In this document: one piece after another, positions 49,969-58,169 of the stretch
Position numbering within the stretch: position 1 is the stretch's first letter
Layout of the letters: each line of letters opens with the position of its first letter
NCBI GenBank assembly: GCA_050633305.1
Contig: JBOEGF010000024.1
Span: 64,001-128,000 of the forward strand
From: Nannocystales bacterium
GTDB lineage: Bacteria; Myxococcota_A; Polyangia; Nannocystales; Nannocystaceae
Direction of reading: 5' to 3'
DNA: 64,000 bases
Position numbers and translations under genes: made by a program
Notes under the pieces: generated by a model
Told to the model about the DNA's origin: nothing
The model's database searches: none
What the model saw: the letters and a program-made list of their open reading frames with translations, nothing else

Positions 49969-50184
49969 GACCATCCTGTCCCGACAAGGGTGCCACGGGA
50001 GACCTCGGGCACGGGAGAATCCGTGAAAGGAAGTCGATCGCCTGGTTCGAGATCGCCGGGGTTGGAGCACGGTGGAGGCCAGCGGCTTTTCCCGCGACTG
50101 CCTAGCTAGGGCTCAATCGGCCGAGGTTTCGATGTTCGTGTCGCTTGCGGCGGACCGTCGGACGGCTCGCGCCCGCTTGACGGT

Positions 50185-50521
50185 CTAGGTGTTCCTCGCT
50201 CGACCAAATACGATGGGCGGCTTCTTGATGACGTGCTTCTTGCCGTCGGGCGTGCGAAGTGAGTTGAAGCCCGTCCTGTGCGCGGTCCTGTGGACGATGC
50301 CGGCGACGACGGCGTTGGCGAGGGGGTAGATGCAACGCTTGAGAAGCTTCTCGCCGCCGACGACGGTCTGGACACCGGGTCCTTCCTTGAAAAATTCGCC
50401 GCTCCGCCGTGAATCGAGTTCAGCTCGCGGGCGACGACGGAGTTGAACCCTTAAGAAAGTGGCTGACTTGCCCGAACCGGTCGAGGAACAGCATGTTGTG
50501 GTGCGTCGAGAGAAGCTCGAA
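50185..50521 (-). pseudogene. Frameshifted remnant of an HUH/Y1 (RAYT-like) transposase
   Basis: Across two frameshifts reads FELLSTHHNMLFLDRFGQVSHFLK / GFNSVVARELNSIHG / RSGEFFKEG..LKRCIYPLANAVVAGIV..TGFNSL, collinear with the intact gene at 52361. Confidence 0.65.
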
Positions 50522-50652
50522 TGGGCACGATCCGTTTGGCCGGACACTCCGCGAGCGGAGACAATGCCAACACAACGAACGTGACGAGGAAGCGGACAAG
50601 AAGGAAATTCAGCGCGGAGTTCAAGGTCAACGCAGTGAAGCTGGCGATGTGA
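50522..50652 (+). mobile_element. IS3-family left-end remnant with truncated OrfA
   Basis: TG-starting end tgggcacgatccgtttggccggacac; 50581..50652 encodes VTRKRTRRKFSAEFKVNAVKLAM*, the typical IS3 OrfA N-terminus. Confidence 0.6.
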
Positions 50653-51018
50653 AGCGGTACGAGGATCGCGACGATGGCCCGCAGAGGAGGGCTTCTTCGG
50701 TCGAGCCGAGGCGGGAGAGGTGCCGTACGCGTTGAGGTCGCGCCAGCTCCGAGGTGTCCTGGGTCCTCTCGAACTCGAACTCGAATCCGAGTTGGACGGC
50801 TGCGCGGAACACCTGTCGCAGTTTCGGAACACCGAGGTGAGGGGAAGCTGACCAGCGAAGGGTCGACCGGCAAGGTCACGACAGCGAGTCGGTGGGAGAG
50901 CGACAGGGGCGAGGAAGTGGGCCGGTGTGCCGCCGCGAAAGTGCAAGGCGCTCGTCTCCCGTGGTCCCGGAAGTCGACGCAGGGCGTCTCGTGCCCGTGC
51001 ACGCGCGCTCAGCAGGCG

Positions 51019-52095
51019 TTAGTACTCGGCTCGCAGTCGCAGGATCATGTCTGCCTCCGCGACGCTGAAGTACAGCCACCCGTCATCGACCGCCAGCAGT
51101 GAGAGTGCATCCTCGCTTTGCACAAGCGTCTGTGGTGGGCCGCCTTCGAGCGCGACCCGGCGGATGAAGGTGGGGTCGTCTGGTCCGATGCTGCCGGTCG
51201 AAAAGTACGCTCGCCCGCCCGCGATTGCGACCGCCTGCGGGTTCTGCCCGGCGTCCGCGAGGCGGCGGTGCGCTCGGGTGTTCGTGTCGACCGCGATGAC
51301 CTCACCCGAGGTCTCGAGTAGGGCGACGGCAGTGGTGTCTTCGAGTGCGAGGGCGACAGGACCGGCCGCATGTGCGACGATCGACTGAGTGCGCCCGCCG
51401 GCTTTCGGCAGGCGTCCGATGCGATTGCGGAAGAACGACGCGAAGTAGATGTGGGTCTCGGTGACGACGATGTCCCCGGGCCGGGGCTGCGTGCTGATTT
51501 GCTCGAGTGTGCCGCCGGCCTTCGGCACCCGAAAGATGCCTGGGTTCTGGAACGGGGTCAGGTAGACGAAGTGGTCATCGAGGGCGAGGCCGAGCACACC
51601 ATCGAGTTCTTCGACCGCCTCGACGTCGACCAGTCGGATCGGTGTGTCCGAGTCGTGCTCGATTCGAAGAACGCCCGAGAGCGAGGCCGCGTACAGCGCG
51701 CTGTCGTCGAGCCAGAGCCGCTCGGAAGAAGAGTCGTCGTCGAGCGTCGTCCGTTTTCCACTCCACCGGTCGACACGCAGGAGCACCCCCGATTCGATCG
51801 AGGCGTAGTAGTGATGCGGGGTGACCGCGAAGTGCCACGTGCTCGGCATGTCCGTCAGCACGACCTCGACCGCAGCCTCGGTTTCGATCGACGCCGGAGG
51901 AGCTGGGTTCTGTGGGGCTGCGGGTTCGGGTTGGACGGAACTTCCGAGATCGGGTGGAGGCGAGACCGGCGTGTGCACGATGCGGGCACGGGGAGACTCC
52001 TTGGTCTTCCCTCGCTCGAGCTCGAGCTCGCACGCGCCGACGACGAACGAGTAGGCGAGCAGGCCAGCGAGCCAGGATCGGCGATCCGCGTTCAC
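51019..52095 (-). CDS. Beta-propeller lipoprotein
   Basis: Lipobox VGAC; repeated blades LALDDHFVY..RVPKAGG, IVVTETHIYF..RLPKAGG, LAVDDGWLYF. Confidence 0.8.
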   Translation of the reverse strand: MNADRRSWLAGLLAYSFVVGACELELERGKTKESPRARIVHTPVSPPPDLGSSVQPEPAAPQNPAPPASIETEAAVEVVLTDMPSTWHFAVTPHHYYASIESGVLLRVDRWSGKRTTLDDDSSSERLWLDDSALYAASLSGVLRIEHDSDTPIRLVDVEAVEELDGVLGLALDDHFVYLTPFQNPGIFRVPKAGGTLEQISTQPRPGDIVVTETHIYFASFFRNRIGRLPKAGGRTQSIVAHAAGPVALALEDTTAVALLETSGEVIAVDTNTRAHRRLADAGQNPQAVAIAGGRAYFSTGSIGPDDPTFIRRVALEGGPPQTLVQSEDALSLLAVDDGWLYFSVAEADMILRLRAEY

Positions 52096-52141
52096 GATGC
52101 GCAGAGTACCCGCACGGGGGCGGCCTCATTCCGGGGAGTGA

Positions 52142-52327
52142 GGGGAGAACCGGAAGTGAGGTGGGAGAACCGGACGTTAGGGGGGAGAACCGGACGTAGG
52201 GTCTCCGTTTTCGAACGGTGGACGGGTGAGAACCGGACGTAGGACGGGTGAGAACCGGACGTAGGGTCTCGGCTTTCGAACAGCGACGGAGGGGAGAACC
52301 GGACGTAGGATCTCCGTTTTCGAACGG
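52142..52327 (+). repeat. Array of REP-like hairpin repeats upstream of the HUH transposase
   Basis: GAGAACCGGA at 52145, 52165, 52185, 52228, 52250, 52294; three long units GAGAACCGGACGTAGGRTCTCSGYTTTCGAAC. Confidence 0.85.
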
Positions 52328-52360
52328 CGAAAAGCTAGGAGTTCTGGCTCCGGCCCACGG

Positions 52361-53440
52361 GTGGGCCACGGGTTGGCGTTCGCTACGGCGTTCGATTTTT
52401 TTCGCAACACCTCCGAACTGCGGTCGACCCGTTCTGCGGTGCCCTCTGCCCTCAAGGCGGCCAGCGCAGCAAGACGCAAGGCCAACCGTGCTCGCGGCGA
52501 CGCTCGCGACTACGAGCGCGTTCGGGCTCGGGCCGTCAGGCCCAATACCCGCGTCATGATCACCCGGCGGTGTCATGACCGCCGAATGTACCTCAGTGCC
52601 TACGGCGATCCCAAGAGGGGCCATACGCCGGAACAGACGAAGAACTTCTATGGCTTCACGGTTGCCCGTGCCGTCAAGAAGTACGGCGTCTCGTTCCATG
52701 GTGCGATTCAGATGGGCAACCATCACCACCAGAACATCACCGACCGGCTCGGCAATCGGCCCAACTACAAGAACTCGGTGCACGGAAATCTCGCTCGAGG
52801 CATCAATGCCCGCTTCGGACGCTTCGACGGCTTGTGGAGCAGTGGTGGCTCTTGCGACACCGTTACTCCCTCCGACGACGACACCCTCAAAGACCTTGCC
52901 TACAACGACTGCAATGCGACGACGTCCGGCCTGGTCAAGTGGGGGCACCTGTGGCCTGGCTTCACGACCTACGGATGGCGCTTCGGCGAGACCCGCGTGT
53001 TCGTGCGTCCGGACTGGTACTACGACCCGAAAGAGCCCGACAATCCCGAGACCATCGAGCTCACACGGACGCGGCCAGACATCTTTCCCGAGCTGACCGA
53101 CGATGAGCTGTCCGACAAGTTGCTCGCGCTGTGCCGCGAGATTGAGCTCGAGGCGCAGGCTCAGATGAAGGCAGAGAACCGCCGGTTCGTGGGTCTTCGG
53201 AAGCTTGGAAAGACACAGTGGTGGCGCCGTGCGAAGTCACCGGAGAAACGGTTCGGCACCGTCCCGACCGTTGCGTCCTCACAAGCCGAAAGTCGCAAGC
53301 GGGAGCTCCGGAGGAACGAGAATTGGCGGCGCGAGTACGCGGCTCAGCGTGACAACTATCGCTGCGGTGCGCCGGCGAAGTTCCCCGCTGGTTCGTACTT
53401 TTTACCGAAGATCTACAAGGCCGACGTCGAGCCACCGTAG
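52361..53440 (+). CDS. HUH/Y1 tyrosine transposase (RAYT-like)
   Basis: VMITRRCHDRR, QMGNHHH (HUH), LARGINARFGRFDGLW, LAYNDCNATTSGLV..WPG (catalytic Tyr helix), C-terminal FPAGSY. Confidence 0.8.
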   Translation: MGHGLAFATAFDFFRNTSELRSTRSAVPSALKAASAARRKANRARGDARDYERVRARAVRPNTRVMITRRCHDRRMYLSAYGDPKRGHTPEQTKNFYGFTVARAVKKYGVSFHGAIQMGNHHHQNITDRLGNRPNYKNSVHGNLARGINARFGRFDGLWSSGGSCDTVTPSDDDTLKDLAYNDCNATTSGLVKWGHLWPGFTTYGWRFGETRVFVRPDWYYDPKEPDNPETIELTRTRPDIFPELTDDELSDKLLALCREIELEAQAQMKAENRRFVGLRKLGKTQWWRRAKSPEKRFGTVPTVASSQAESRKRELRRNENWRREYAAQRDNYRCGAPAKFPAGSYFLPKIYKADVEPP

Positions 53441-53629
53441 ACGTCTGCACATACGGCCGCGGCGGCGTTGCCTTGGGCTTCGTCGCCGTGATGGATTGGT
53501 TCGGATTCGGTTCGGAGCGCGTCGTTGCCCCGTATCCGTCCGGAGCGGTCAAATTCGGGGCTGTCGAGAGCCCGCGAGCCGCGGACCTCTGAGTTCCCGC
53601 GTCCGAACCGAATGCGAACGGGATTCCTT

Positions 53630-53726
53630 ATGCCGGAGACCTCCCGTCCGGACTCATCCCCCGTCTTCCGGACTCATCTCATGCCGGAGACCTCCCGTCC
53701 GGACTCATCCCCGTCCGGACTCATCT
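53630..53726 (-). repeat. Second repeat array downstream of the transposase, inverted relative to the upstream array
   Basis: TCCGGACTCATC at 53647, 53667, 53698, 53714; 32-nt duplication at 53630 and 53681; reverse complement shares CCGGACG..GGTCTCCG with the upstream unit. Confidence 0.8.
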
Positions 53727-55693
53727 TCCGGGGCGTCGTGCCACTGCGCCTGCTTGGCCGGCGCATAGATCCCGAACGACCAGATCTGGCGGGTCTTGGA
53801 CACGTCGACCAAGATCCACGTCGGGTCGGGTCCAGCAGGAACCTCGATCGGCATGACGCTGGGGAAGTTCTCCGTGCCCCGGTACTGGAAGGGAACGACC
53901 GCTCCTCGGAAGACGCGCTCGTCACCCGACCACACCGTCAGTCCCACGTAGTAGCGCCAGATCAACGGAACGGTTGTCTCCGTGCTCGCTGACAACCGCA
54001 CCGCGAGAAACCCGGGCTGTCCGTGAAGCGTTCCGTCGAGGTCAAAGGCTCCGTCCTGCGCTTCGAGACGCGTCCAGCTCGGGTCGGTCGTACTCGTGGG
54101 TGGTGGCGGCGGAGTCTCCCTGTCCCAGGCCCGGATGTACGCGACCGGAACCGGTGTGTGGGGATCGACGCGACGGATCTCTTGCAACACGACCCCGTCT
54201 CGCTCGATGCGCCGAACCACCTCTCCGGGCAAGGTCGACTCCCAGCCCTGGCGGACCTCCGACAGGAAGAACTCGAAGTGGTCGGCGTTGAGCTGGAGGT
54301 CGTGCTTCCAACCCAGGTACGATCCGAGCGCCGAACCGTTGCCGACGATGTGGACGGCGGCACCGGGGTGTTCGTCGCGGAGCCAGTGAAATCCTTCTTG
54401 GTACGTCTCCGAGTAGTGCGCGACGTCGAATCGCCCTCGTGCCCCCTGCGTTCCGCCGACGAGCGGATTGAAGTACAGCGAAGCATAGGGGTGGAGCCGA
54501 GCGCTGGCGGTTGTGCTCTCGGCGACGCCCAGCACCACCGCCACGGCCGCGATGCACCTCGCCCGGGTCCCCAGACGAGCCACGCGCACCCAGCCGACGG
54601 CCGCCAGCACACAGATGGGGGGAACCATGAACAACAGATGGCGCGAGGTGTCGTACAGCGTGGTCTGTTTGAGCACGGGAACCAGTGCCGGGCCGACCGT
54701 CCAAGCGACCAGCAGCACCCAGCCGAACGCGACACGGGCCCTCGGTCGGTTGCGGACCGTTGTCCAAAACAGTCCGCCAAGCGTGGCGACGAATCCGAAG
54801 ACGACGGGAACGGGGAGGGTGATGCCCAACCACACGACAACGTAGCTGGAGGGCGCATCCCAAAACGGGTGGAGTTCGCCCATGAACAGGCTTCGTGAGC
54901 CGTGCACGTGGCGCGTCAGATCCATCGATGCCGTGACGAGATGCCATGGCGGTCGTACCCAGAGCACGGGCCAGGTCGCGAACGTGATCGCATACGCGAC
55001 CACCAGTACGGCGCCAATGCGAAGGGCCACGGCCCGCGCCTGAGATTCGCAGGGGCGGCCGACGACGACCGCGCTGGCCGCAACGAAGTAGAACACAACA
55101 CCGAACGGGCGAATCGTCGCGCACAGCCCCGCCAAGATGCCGGCGGTGATCAGGCGTCGCCGGGTCGGTTCGTGGGCGAGACGGATGCACGCCCACGCGG
55201 ACCAGACCGCGGCTGCGGAGAACGGGATGTCCTTGGGGTTCACACACGCCGAGCCCCAAACCCGGGGGGCGGTCGCAAGGAAGACCATCGCAAGCAAGGC
55301 GACAGCTTCACCACCGAGCGCTTTGGCAAGGCGATGTGTCCCCAGCAGCCCGAGCCCCGCGGCGAACAGGTTGAGCACATGGCGGGCGAAGAACTCGTCC
55401 GTCCCCCCGAACCAGTGATGGTCCGCCAGCCAGGCCAGACGCCCCATGAGGTCGTAGAGCACGCCGTAGTACTCCCGCTCAGGCATCAGCGTGTACGCCT
55501 CGATCTCGCCAGTCGCGAGTGCGTCCATCCACCCGCGCGACCACAGCATCCGCCACGGCTCGTCCGTCGTCGGCCCGTAGTCCTGGGCGACCGTCAGCCC
55601 GATGCCCCAGAACGCCACGAGAACGACCCACGGCCCCACCTTCCAGAGCCGGTGAAGACGTGAACTCGGGTCGATCGCCTCAGACGAGCTCAT
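53705..55693 (-). CDS. GT-C fold glycosyltransferase (PMT/ArnT-like, GT39/GT83)
   Basis: Start MSSSEA overlaps the rSAM 3' end; DYGPTTDEP after first TM, EYYG, NPKDIPF, multiple TMs, YDTSRHLLF, HPY..YFN. Confidence 0.8.
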   Translation of the reverse strand: MSSSEAIDPSSRLHRLWKVGPWVVLVAFWGIGLTVAQDYGPTTDEPWRMLWSRGWMDALATGEIEAYTLMPEREYYGVLYDLMGRLAWLADHHWFGGTDEFFARHVLNLFAAGLGLLGTHRLAKALGGEAVALLAMVFLATAPRVWGSACVNPKDIPFSAAAVWSAWACIRLAHEPTRRRLITAGILAGLCATIRPFGVVFYFVAASAVVVGRPCESQARAVALRIGAVLVVAYAITFATWPVLWVRPPWHLVTASMDLTRHVHGSRSLFMGELHPFWDAPSSYVVVWLGITLPVPVVFGFVATLGGLFWTTVRNRPRARVAFGWVLLVAWTVGPALVPVLKQTTLYDTSRHLLFMVPPICVLAAVGWVRVARLGTRARCIAAVAVVLGVAESTTASARLHPYASLYFNPLVGGTQGARGRFDVAHYSETYQEGFHWLRDEHPGAAVHIVGNGSALGSYLGWKHDLQLNADHFEFFLSEVRQGWESTLPGEVVRRIERDGVVLQEIRRVDPHTPVPVAYIRAWDRETPPPPPTSTTDPSWTRLEAQDGAFDLDGTLHGQPGFLAVRLSASTETTVPLIWRYYVGLTVWSGDERVFRGAVVPFQYRGTENFPSVMPIEVPAGPDPTWILVDVSKTRQIWSFGIYAPAKQAQWHDAPEDESGRG

Positions 55694-57011
55694 CGATCGT
55701 TCGTCCGGGCCCGGTCCACTCGATCGTTCGGTCCACCCGGGGTTCTTCGATCGCCACGGGACCCTCGGATTCGCGCCGTGCTTCGTCGACCCACTCTCGA
55801 ACGATCCTGAACAGCGCGAACGCAAAGCCGTCGTCCGCCGCGGGCTTCACAAGCTCAATGCGCTCCCGCATGCCCTCCTTCTCCATCTGGAGCGCTCGGT
55901 AGTGGCAGAAGGGATTGTTGCCCGGCCGCCCCATCAGTGGCTCAGAGACTGCCGTACATCCTCCCTTGCAGACGTCCGCGTAGTAGCACTGCGCGCAATA
56001 ACCCCACAGATCCGTTCGGGTCCGGTTGCGCAGCGAATCGATCTGCGGCTTTGTCCACAGGGCCGCGAGACCCTCCTCCCGCCACGAACCACCGACGTTC
56101 GTCGGGCCACCCAATGAAGGGCAGTTCTTGATCGCGCCGTTGCTCTCGATGCCGATCGTCGACTTGCCAGCCTCGCACCCACCGAAGTGTCCCGTTCGCA
56201 TGCGCTGCTTCGCGCGCAGTTTTCGCTCGACGGGGCCGAAGTAGCCCAGAGAGTTCGCCGGCCAGATCCGAACCCCGAGTTCCTCTGCGCGGTCGCAGAC
56301 GGCGTCGAGGGCTTCAAAGACTTCGAGCAGCATGTACGGCTCCATGACCAGCTCGAGGTTGTCGGCCGCGTTTCCGTGCGGCACGGTGATTTGCAGCTGC
56401 CACGAGTGGACTCCTTCGGCCGCGATCAGCTCGAGCAAGTCCAGCAGTTCGAACCGGGTGTACGCATTGATCTGGGTGTTGACCGCCACGCCACATCCCG
56501 CACCTCGCAAATACCGGAGAGCCCGGAACGCATGCTCCCAGCTGTCCTTGGTGTTCCGGACGAGGTCGTGGCTCTCTTGCATGCCGTCGATCGACAAACT
56601 CACACTCTCGATGCCCGCCTCCACGAGGGCTTCGGCGCGATCCTTCGTCAGGCCATATCCACCCGTCGTCATCGTCGCGGACATGCCGAGTTCCCGAATC
56701 CTGCGTACGATCAGGATGAAGTCGTTGCGCAGGTACGCCTCGCCTCCGATGAGGACCACCTCGCCGACCCCCATCTCGGCCAGCTCTTCGGTCAGCTGTA
56801 GTGCCTCGGCGGTCGTCAGCTCGTCCGGACGCGCGTCCGCAGCCCGAGGGCCGCAGTGTAGACAGCGCTGGTCACATGCGAGCGTCAGCTCCCAGACCGC
56901 CAGACGCGGAACTGGAACCTGGCCCGGCAACGTGGCCTCGAAGCCTCGGCCGCGCGCGACCGGTAGCGAGTCGACGATCGGAAGGTGATGCTTGGCCTCC
57001 CGGAGTCTCAT
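55680..57011 (-). CDS. Radical SAM/SPASM maturase, PlpX/splicease-like (copy 2)
   Basis: GGAGG RBS and ATGA overlap with precursor stop; AVWELTLACDQRCLHCG, GGEAYLRND, CEAG..GIESNGAIKNCPSL..CAQCYYADVCKGGC..GNNPFCHYRAL. Confidence 0.9.
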   Translation of the reverse strand: MRLREAKHHLPIVDSLPVARGRGFEATLPGQVPVPRLAVWELTLACDQRCLHCGPRAADARPDELTTAEALQLTEELAEMGVGEVVLIGGEAYLRNDFILIVRRIRELGMSATMTTGGYGLTKDRAEALVEAGIESVSLSIDGMQESHDLVRNTKDSWEHAFRALRYLRGAGCGVAVNTQINAYTRFELLDLLELIAAEGVHSWQLQITVPHGNAADNLELVMEPYMLLEVFEALDAVCDRAEELGVRIWPANSLGYFGPVERKLRAKQRMRTGHFGGCEAGKSTIGIESNGAIKNCPSLGGPTNVGGSWREEGLAALWTKPQIDSLRNRTRTDLWGYCAQCYYADVCKGGCTAVSEPLMGRPGNNPFCHYRALQMEKEGMRERIELVKPAADDGFAFALFRIVREWVDEARRESEGPVAIEEPRVDRTIEWTGPGRTIDELV

Positions 57012-57451
57012 GCCTCCTGGTCCGAGTCCGTGGGTTCTTCCCAAACCGACGATCCGGTCGAAGACGAGGAGGTGCCGGGGCCGGCGTAGTACGAGCCGCC
57101 GAAGTCCGTCGTGCTGCTGCTGGAGTCGCCGCCGGTGGTCGAGCTGGTCGAGCTGGTCGAAGCCGGCCCCGCGTAGTACGAGCCGCCAAAGTCCGTTGTG
57201 GAGCTTTCGTCGGCGGTCGTGCTGCTGCTCGTCGAGGCGTCGGTCGTCGACGAACTCGATGCTGACTGAGTGGTGGTCCCCGGTCCGGTCGATGCGCCCG
57301 TGTCCCCATCGCTGTCGCAGCCGACGAGACTGAGCCCCAAGGAGAGGCCGAGCACCGCGGCGGCTCTCGCAGTTCGCGAGGGTGCCTTGCAATGAGGGCA
57401 CACGGTCTCCGAGGCGACCACGAACTGATCACATGTCATGCAAAGTCTCAT
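57008..57451 (-). CDS. Candidate precursor lipoprotein 2: Zn-ribbon leader, lipobox, S/T-rich stalk, two TTDFGGSYYAGP cores
   Basis: MRLCMTC..CPHC; LGLSLVGC; SSTTDFGGSYYAGP twice, 29 aa apart. Confidence 0.85.
   Translation of the reverse strand: MRLCMTCDQFVVASETVCPHCKAPSRTARAAAVLGLSLGLSLVGCDSDGDTGASTGPGTTTQSASSSSTTDASTSSSTTADESSTTDFGGSYYAGPASTSSTSSTTGGDSSSSTTDFGGSYYAGPGTSSSSTGSSVWEEPTDSDQEA
57077..57199 (-). repeat. Two coding copies of TTDFGGSYYAGP (about 57077-57112 and 57164-57199)
   Basis: Identical 12-aa peptide with synonymous nucleotide differences (gaag/aaag, gtc/gtt, ccg/ccc). Confidence 0.9.
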
Positions 57452-57521
57452 GCGTACTCAAGTCGCAACCGACCCCGATTCGATCGGTTGCATGTTGAAA
57501 AAAAACGCTACTCTGGGGAAG

Positions 57522-58169
57522 GTGGCCGCCGATCGCGTTTTGCTTGAACGTTGGCGGAACGGCGATCGCACCGCGGGAGAGGCGCTCTACCGCAACTGGG
57601 TGGGGGCGCTCTCACGCTTCTTTCGAAACAAGGTGAGCGATCGTGAAGAGGTCCCCGACCTGGTTTCGCAGACGTTCGTCGCCCTGACTGAAGTCAAGGA
57701 CCGGTTTCGAGGCGAGTCGAGCATCCGGCGTCTGGTCTTCAGCGTGGCCAGCAACGTCCTCTCCACGTACCTGCGCAAGCGCTACAAGCGAGCCCGCGAG
57801 GCGAAGGACTTCGACGCACTGTGTGTGGCGCAGGTTTCGGCGCACGGGCCGAGTTCCCTGGTCGCCCAAGAACGGGGGCTCCGGGCCTTCGTGGATGGGC
57901 TCCGGCAGCTTTCCCTCGGCGACCAAACGCTCCTCGAGCTGCGCTACTTCGAGGGGCTGACCGGTCCCGAACTCGCCGACGCGTACGACGTGCCCGAGGG
58001 CACGATTCGGGGTCGAATCGGGCGAGCCGTCGAGCGGTTGACCCGCGTGGTCGCGGAAAACCTGGGTCACGCGCCCGGCCGGAGTGATGCACCACAGGTC
58101 GACGAGGTGGCCTTGGGCGGTTGGGCCCGCGCGCTTCGGGTCCAGCTGGGACGCGACCCCGATGCTTGA
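57522..58169 (+). CDS. ECF-type sigma-70 factor
   Basis: DRVLLERWRNGD..AGEAL, DLVSQTF, FRGESS, LELRYFEGL..ELA...VPEGTIRGRIGRA; alternative start at 57492. Confidence 0.88.
   Translation: MAADRVLLERWRNGDRTAGEALYRNWVGALSRFFRNKVSDREEVPDLVSQTFVALTEVKDRFRGESSIRRLVFSVASNVLSTYLRKRYKRAREAKDFDALCVAQVSAHGPSSLVAQERGLRAFVDGLRQLSLGDQTLLELRYFEGLTGPELADAYDVPEGTIRGRIGRAVERLTRVVAENLGHAPGRSDAPQVDEVALGGWARALRVQLGRDPDA

Noticed and set aside
50950..50995. Possible right inverted repeat of the IS3 remnant
   Set aside because: Only weak complementarity to the left end, no CA terminus and no target duplication.
52142..52327. Repeat array as a CRISPR array
   Set aside because: Spacing is irregular (20-44 nt), intervening sequences are short and repetitive rather than unique spacers, and no cas genes are present; better explained as REP-like repeats.
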